From: Macrostomum lignano
Lineage: Eukaryota
Assembly: GCA_002269645.1 (NCBI GenBank)
Contig: NIVC01000059.1
Span: 1,054,001 to 1,118,000 of the forward strand
Length of the DNA stretch: 64,000 bases
Reading direction: 5' to 3'
Shown: piece after piece, positions 57,401 through 64,000 of the stretch
Position numbering within the stretch: position 1 is the first letter of the stretch
Layout of the letters: each line of letters starts with the position of its first letter
Notes under the pieces: generated by a model
What the model saw: only the letters and a program-made list of their open reading frames with translations
The model's database searches: none
Told to the model about the DNA's origin: nothing
Made by a program: the position numbers and the translations under genes

Positions 57401-59785
57401 TTCGAGTAAGATATGAGACTTCGAGTAAGATATGAGACTTCGAGTGAGATATGAGACTTCGAGTGAGATATGAGACTTCGAGTAAGATATGAGACTTCGA
57501 GTGAGATATGAGACTTCGAGTGAGATATGAGACTTCGAGTGAGATATGAGACTTCGAGTGAGATATGAGACTTCGAGTGAGATATGAGACTTCGAGTGAG
57601 ATATGAGACTTCGAGTGAGATATGAGACTTCGAGTGAGATATGAGACTTCGAGTGAGATATGAGACTTCGAGTGAGATATGAGACTTCGAGTGAGATATG
57701 AGACTTCGAGTGAGATATGAGACTTCGAGTAAGATATGAGACTTCGAGTAAGATATGAGACTTCGAGTAAGATATGAGACTTCGAGTAAGATATGAGACT
57801 TCGAGTGAGATATGAGACTTCGAGTAAGATATGAGACTTCGAGTAAGATATGAGACTTCGAGTAAGATATGAGACTTCGAGTAAGATATGAGACTTCGAG
57901 TGAGATATGAGACTTCGAGTGAGATATGAGACTTCGAGTAAGATATGAGACTTCGAGTGAGATATGAGACTTCGAGTGAGATATGAGACTTCGAGTGAGA
58001 TATGAGACTTCGAGTGAGATATGAGACTTCGAGTGAGATATGAGACTTCGAGTGAGATATGAGACTTCGAGTAAGATATGAGACTTCGAGTAAGATATGA
58101 GACTTCGAGTAAGATATGAGACTTCGAGTAAGATATGAGACTTCGAGTAAGATATGAGACTTCGAGTGAGATATGAGACTTCGAGTAAGATATGAGACTT
58201 CGAGTAAGATATGAGACTTCGAGTAAGATATGAGACTTCGAGTAAGATATGAGACTTCGAGTGAGATATGAGACTTCGAGTGAGATATGAGACTTCGAGT
58301 GAGATATGAGACTTCGAGTGAGATATGAGACTTCGAGTGAGATATGAGACTTCGAGTGAGATATGAGACTTCGAGTGAGATATGAGACTTCGAGTGAGAT
58401 ATGAGACTTCGAGTGAGATATGAGACTTCGAGTGAGATATGAGACTTCGAGTGAGATATGAGACCGAGTGAGATATGAGACCGAGTGAGATATGAGATTA
58501 AAGGTGATATACGAGTCTAAGGGTGAGACTATGAGATGATTCGACTTTTATTCGAGAATCAAGCGCGCGTTAGCCACTGTGGCCACCCACCCGGAACCCC
58601 GCAGCCTACCACATGAAGTGCATCGATCCCTGGCTACTGAAGAATCGCAGCTGCTGCCCAGTCTGCAAGCGTCGCGTTTTCCCGCGTCAACCCGGCGAAG
58701 CCGCCGAAGAAGGCGACTCCGACGTCGAGTCCGGCGCCGGCGCCAATTCCAATGGCGCCGAGTCAATCGGCGGGACGTCGGGCGCGGGCGCCGTCGGAGC
58801 CGCAGCCCCTGTTGCCGCCGTCGCTGGCGCGGAGACCGGAAACAGCGGAAACGCCGGAAGCAGCGGTGGGCGAGCGGACGGCGAGCGAACGCCGCTGCTG
58901 TCGTCGTCCAACTCTTCGAGTGTCGCCAGCGGAGGCAGCTTCGGCGCCGTCGGCTCGAGCGGCGCCCGGGCGGCTTTCGACAATCCGGGTAGGCTGTTAG
59001 ACTATTGGTTCATTGTCCCCGGTTTGGGTCAGTATCCCCGGTTTGGGTCATTGTCCCCTGTTTTGGGTCATTGTCCCCGGTTTTGGGTCACTGTCCCCGG
59101 TTTTGGGTCATTGTCCCCGGTTTTGGGTCATTGTCCCCGGTTTTGGGTCATTGTCCCCGGTTTTGGGTCATTGTCCCCTGTTTTGGGTCATTGTCCCCGG
59201 TTTTGGGTCATTGTCCCCTGTTTTGAGTCATTGTCCTCGGTTTTGGGTCATTGTCCACGGTTTTGAGTCATTGTCCCCGGTTTTGGGTCATTGTCCCCGG
59301 TTTTGGGTCATTGTCCTCGGTTTTGGGTCATTGGGCCAGCCTCCCAGAGTGTCAGTTGCTGGGCCAGCCTCCCAGAGTGTCAGTTGCTGGGCCAGCCTCC
59401 CAGAGTGTCAGTTGCTGGGCCAGCCTCCCAGAGTGTCAGTTGCTGGGCCAGCCTCTTAGGCCGTTGCCTTCATGATTTCACAATTATTAAATCTCACTGT
59501 TCAGCTCTACACCTGCAAGACGAACTGGCATCGGCTGTGGCTGACACCGCATCCGCGATTCCTGATGATGTGACCCGCTCTGAACAGCAACAGCATAGCA
59601 ACGGCGGTTCCAGTTTGAGCAGCTGCAGCAGCAGCAGCACCGTTTCAGTCACTTCTCTGATCACCAGCGCTGATGGTCAAGTTGAAGAAGACGGCCATCA
59701 TCAACAATCTGTCGAAGTGCTGGCCGAGGTGTGTGTTCATCAGCCTGACGAAGCCGGCGCCAAGGATGAGAACCCGCGAGTGTGA
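51484..59785 (+). CDS. RNF13: RNF13/RNF167-like PA-TM-RING-H2 E3 ubiquitin ligase (8 exons, 481 aa)
   Basis: Exons 51484-51570, 52235-52324, 52459-52681, 53582-53784, 56840-56933, 57049-57132, 58605-58988 and 59505-59785 are all in phase (1446 nt). Signal peptide; PA domain (ARFG..GVVVNAAPINGC..CYFDRKILNAQKAG); TM; RING-H2 [43 protein letters not shown]. Confidence 0.93.
51670..52080. repeat. 17-bp intronic minisatellite CCTACCTGAAGATATCC
   Basis: Period 17 directly visible. Confidence 0.95.
52840..53470. repeat. 26-bp degenerate intronic minisatellite GTCGGTTGGTTGCTAGGG(A/C/T)GAATGTT
   Basis: Period 26 (e.g. 53161, 53187). Confidence 0.9.
53795..56800. repeat. 3-kb 21-bp intronic satellite ATGGCACATCTACATGCAAAA
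   Basis: More than 100 copies with a recurrent TACAAGAAAAAAGGCATTGACAAGCG variant block; interrupted at 55891-56062. Confidence 0.97.
55891..56062. mobile_element. 172-bp solo LTR inserted in the 21-bp satellite
   Basis: TGTTGT...ACAACA termini; exact 5-bp TSD ATATC (55886-55890 and 56063-56067); internal ATATATAAGTGAGAGCGCGGT motif. Confidence 0.8.
57200..58500. repeat. 19-bp intronic satellite GAGT(G/A)AGATATGAGACTTC
   Basis: About 58 homogeneous copies plus a degenerate 5' edge. Confidence 0.97.
59010..59455. repeat. Adjacent intronic 20-bp (GGTTTTGGGTCATTGTCCCC) and 28-bp (GGGCCAGCCTCCCAGAGTGTCAGTTGCT) minisatellites
   Basis: 20-mer at 59010-59333; 28-mer about 4 copies at 59334-59455. 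Confidence 0.93.
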
Positions 59786-60059
59786 TCGGATCCTCTGATA
59801 TATAATAAAGAGATGCCATGACTAACTTTCATGCGCACCGTATACTACTGCGGCTAATGCTTATTATTTTTTACTGTTGTTGCCGTAATTAAGCAGATTT
59901 TGCGTAGATTTTATGTAATAGTATGAGTAATACGAGTTAGTCGAATCTATTTTGTTATTGATTTTTTTCAGAGGCAAACAGAATTGTCTTGCTGTTTATT
60001 TATTTATTTATCTAATGATCCTAAAGTCTTGATATTTACTAATCCTATAATTAAATAAT

Positions 60060-60340
60060 CCTATGATCCAAAAATCTCACGATCCAAAAATCCCATGATC
60101 AAATAATCTCATGATCAAATAATCCTATGATAAAAATCCCATGATTCGAAAATCCCATGATAAAAATCCCATGATCCAAAAGTCCCATGATAAAAAATCC
60201 CATTAACAAAAAGTCTCATGATCATATAATCCCATGGTAAAAAATCCCATGATCAAAATATCCCAGAATCAAATAATCCCATGATCCAAAAATCCCATGT
60301 TCACAATGACCCAGGATCCCGTTATGTTAAGATTCAGATG
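60060..60340. repeat. Degenerate ATCCCATGATC(A)AAAA repeat
   Basis: Multiple imperfect copies 3' of the RNF13-like gene. Confidence 0.75.
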
Positions 60341-61534
60341 CCTTTAAATCCCATAACCGAATGATCATGTATGATTCAAAGATCCACGAAAAGATTTTAT
60401 TGCATGTGTATAATGCCTCAAGACGAAGACAGTGTGGCAACCGATTACCATTTCTTTTTTCTTCTTTAACCCTACTCACAGTAGTATCAACAAGCTTTTC
60501 GTTGAATTTCTCGCCGCCTAAATTAAATTACATACCATCAGTCCGTGTACACAATTTGTTTATGTTTTTATTACTGCGCTTTCTAAGAAAAACTATTTTA
60601 ACTGGTAATTAATTCATCAAAACATTCTCTTTTTATTGTTTTGTGTGCGTTTAAATTTGTTTAATTTTTTATAAATCTGCTCCAATTAATTGTCAGTATA
60701 AATTTATCTTTATTTTTGCTTGATCCGCGAGTGTGCTGTTTGTTTGAATTGCAATATGTGTAAAAATAATTAGTGCGTCATTGCGTCATTCAGGGGTATT
60801 AATTTTATCGGTCATGTTGTTGAATGAATTAATATCAATCTACAAGTAGAGCCATTACTAGAGTTGTAATAATATCTATTACAAAAATGATTTCATTTCG
60901 TTGTGTCTTAATATTTTCTTGTATTTTTTACATTTTATTTTGCTTTCTTGGTAAGAAGCTTTAAGATTTTATTACATACAGTATCTTAAATAGCCAGTCG
61001 ATTTCAAATTAGTGGCACTTTGTTTTCCCTGAATAATCAAAACATAATAAATTGGCACATTGATTTTTAAGTTGTCGGGACAATTTTATGGCTTACGCTA
61101 TCTTGATGCAATTCTAATAAAGCAATTATTACTCATATAAAACTGTATTTTATCGAGTTTTGTATGGTGCAGAAGAGCTAGTTAGTTTACATTTCGGCTG
61201 CTAAGTCTACCGCTGTGGCCCATACGCACCATTTCGCTTTAATTTAGGAGTTTTTCGGTTTGTAAAAAACTCAATAATTTTTTGTTTACTGAGTGCCTGC
61301 TTCAACAATTTTGTAAGCAAACAAAAGTAAATATTGATTGATTGATTGATTGCCTTACTACATATTCAGATTTTATAAAATTTGTTTATTAAAAAAACAA
61401 CGCTCGATTTGTTATGTTTTTGTCTTGCATCTTTGCTTGGATTGTGATTGACCATTTACTGTCATAAAAATTGCTCACGATTTTTTCCGATAAGTATTGT
61501 TCACAGATTTCGAGGGGTTTTCTAAACTTTTCTA

Positions 61535-62695
61535 AGAATCGCACACTGTATGCTATCAATTTCCCGCAATATTGTAACAATCGCACACAATATCCTAAGA
61601 ATCGCACACAATATCATAGGAATCGCACACAATATCCTAAGAATCGCACACAATATCATAAGAATCGCACACAATATCCTAAGAATCGCACACAATATCC
61701 TAAGAATCGCACACAATATCATAAGAATCGCACACAATATCCTAAGAATCGCACACAATATCATAGGAATCGCACACAATATCCTAAGAATCGCCCACAA
61801 TATCCTAAGAATCGCACACAATATCCTAAAAATCGCACACAATATCATAAGAATCGCACACAATATCCTAAAAATCGCCCACAATATCCTAAGAATCGCA
61901 CACAATATCCTAAAAATCGCACACAATATCCTAAGAATCGCCCACAATATCATAAGAATCGCCCACAATATCCTAAGAATCGCACACAATATCCTAAAAA
62001 TTGCCCACAATATCATAATAATCGCACAAAATATCCTAAGGATCGCCCACAATACCATAAGAATTGCCCACAATATCCTAAGGATCGCCCACAATACCAT
62101 AAGAATTGCCCACAATATCCTAACGATCGCACACAATATTCTAAGAATCGCCCACAATATCCTAAGGATCGCACACAATATCCTAAAAATCGCACACAAT
62201 ATCATAAGAATCGCACACAATATCATAAGAATCGCCCACAATATCCTAAGGATCGCACACAATATCCTAAAAATCGCACACAATATCATAAGAATCGCAC
62301 ACAATATCATAAGAATCGCCCACAATATCCTAAAAATCGCCCACAATATCCTAAGAATCGCACACAATATCCTAAAAATCGCACACAATATCATAAGAAT
62401 CGCACACAATATCCTAAAAATCGCCCACAATATCCTAAGAATCGCACACAATATCCTAAAAATCGCCCACAATATCCTAAGAATCGCACACAATATCATA
62501 AGAATCGCACACAATATCATAAGAATCGCCCACAATATCCTAAAAATCGCCCACAATATCCTAAGAATCGCACACAATATCCTAAAAATCGCACACAATA
62601 TCATAAGAAACGCACACAATATCCTAAGAATCGCACACAATATCCTAAAAATCGCACACAATATCATAAGAAACGCACACAATATCCTAAGGATT
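61535..62695. repeat. 21-bp satellite AAGAATCGCACACAATATC(C/A)T
   Basis: About 55 copies, period 21. Confidence 0.97.
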
Positions 62696-64000
62696 GCAAT
62701 CTTCTCTCTTTGCAATCCTCTCTTTAAAAGAATCTCATAATTTCTTGTCTTAGCTAAAGTTTTACAGGTAATATATATAAACCTTAGTAGCTTAATTTGC
62801 TACTCTATAGCAGTTGGGGGAGCTGGAGTCAATCCTTACTCACGGTACGAGTCGTAGGCTGCCTTACAAGATGATTAACCACGGAGAACTCCGATTAACT
62901 TGCGGGTGCTTGCAACGAATGCTGTGACCAGTGGAGTTACACAAGATCGCCTACATGAAAAGAGTATCATCTTGCATTTTTAATCACGGCCGTGGCTGTA
63001 ATATCGCAACCCTAATATAGGCTTTGGTGAGGATCGGGCCAAATCATAATTTGAAGATAGCCGGAAGTGGCCGCCGAGTTGCTGCTGTTTCTGACTCTGC
63101 GGGGGTTGGTGGACAGCTAGAGAAGAGGTGGGTTCGTTTCCGCAGTCTCTCTTCTAGTTGAAGTCAGAGGGGAAGAAAGCCTCGCTCACTAGTTATGAAG
63201 AAGATTCTGTCTCTCTCTCTCCGCTCGCGAAATTGGCTTCGACTCGGCTTAATCCCGCGCCTCACCTCGGATAATACAGCCCGAGCGTATCTCTCCTCTC
63301 TCCTCTCCTGAAATGGATTTTTTTATTTTATTGAAGACGGCCTCTCCAGCTTAATTGGGTAGGTCAGCAGAGAGAAAGAGAGCGCGCGCCCCTGCGCTAA
63401 GGACGGTTATCAATTACCGTCCTATATGCTGCATGCCTTTCTAAGGACTTCGGCTCAGAGACTTGAGTCCTTATCCTTGCCAATATCTCTAGGCTCAGTG
63501 TGAAGAATGCCGGCCAAACCCCTTCATCCTCCCCTGATTTTCTCTCCGTGTGCGTCTGGGTGTCCGGCCAGTCATAGAGAGAAGCTTCCGAGTTTGCACC
63601 CGCAGAATGATATATTATGATGGAGAGCTGATATTTTGCATCTTTGAAGCAGAGCCTGTCGTACGTTAAGTACTTATCTGTTGGCCTCTGTCCCTCATGG
63701 CCGGATCAATTAATAAACCTGCGTCTTGGCCGTCCTCCAGAAGCTTCTCTTAGTCTTAAGTGGGCTAGTTCCAGCTGCTGCAGCTTGCCAGAAAGCACAC
63801 ACACACACACACACACACGCCACTCTAGTAGCCCTATACTCATTTCTCTTTCCCTACTCCTTGAGTCCCCCCTTCGTCCGCCGCTATAGCTGGATGCTGA
63901 TTGTCGGTCGAACTATTTGTCTGTCCGTCTGTCTATCTTTCTCTCCTTCCGTTTCTTGCAACTCGTCTGTGTCGCCGTGAGCGAGCGACTGGCTAGCTAC

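Noticed and set aside
61471-62740. About 400-aa ORFs (KNRTQYP, IAHNILR)
   Set aside because: Stop-free frames of a 21-bp satellite.
63000-64000. Short ORFs and a (CA)n tract at the window end
   Set aside because: No recognisable domain; possibly the UTR or promoter of a downstream gene, but unsupported here.

Overview
Eukaryotic (metazoan) genomic DNA, very rich in minisatellites. It is most consistent with a free-living flatworm such as Macrostomum; this is inferred from the minisatellite load, GC-rich spliced exons, TTAGGG-containing repeat and a flatworm-type neuropeptide, and was not checked by search. Genes that can be spliced in frame by hand: a 10-finger C2H2 zinc-finger gene (+, 11316-15117), calreticulin (+, 16634-18601), a divergent nAChR-family Cys-loop subunit (-, 23226-21463, M3-M4 loop interrupted), a kettin/Sls-like 5-Ig protein with a long Q/P/E-rich tail (-, 36335-27190), a 96-aa neuropeptide precursor (+, 43623-44186) and an RNF13/RNF167-like PA-TM-RING E3 ligase (+, 51484-59785). 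The neuropeptide and the 3' end of a Cys/Pro-rich protein (3-143) are both missing from the ORF track. Mobile DNA: a 3.5-kb foldback-type element with 177-bp tandem arms enclosing an RTE LINE EN-RT fragment, three MITEs with TIRs and TSDs (one carrying a 28S rRNA fragment altered at the R2/Pokey/I-PpoI target), two solo LTRs inserted in satellites, a tRNA-derived SINE, and Tc1 and LINE remnants. About 25 tandem arrays are present, many with 21-bp units. Most long ORFs in the track are satellite artefacts. No CRISPR arrays or intact RNA genes were seen.
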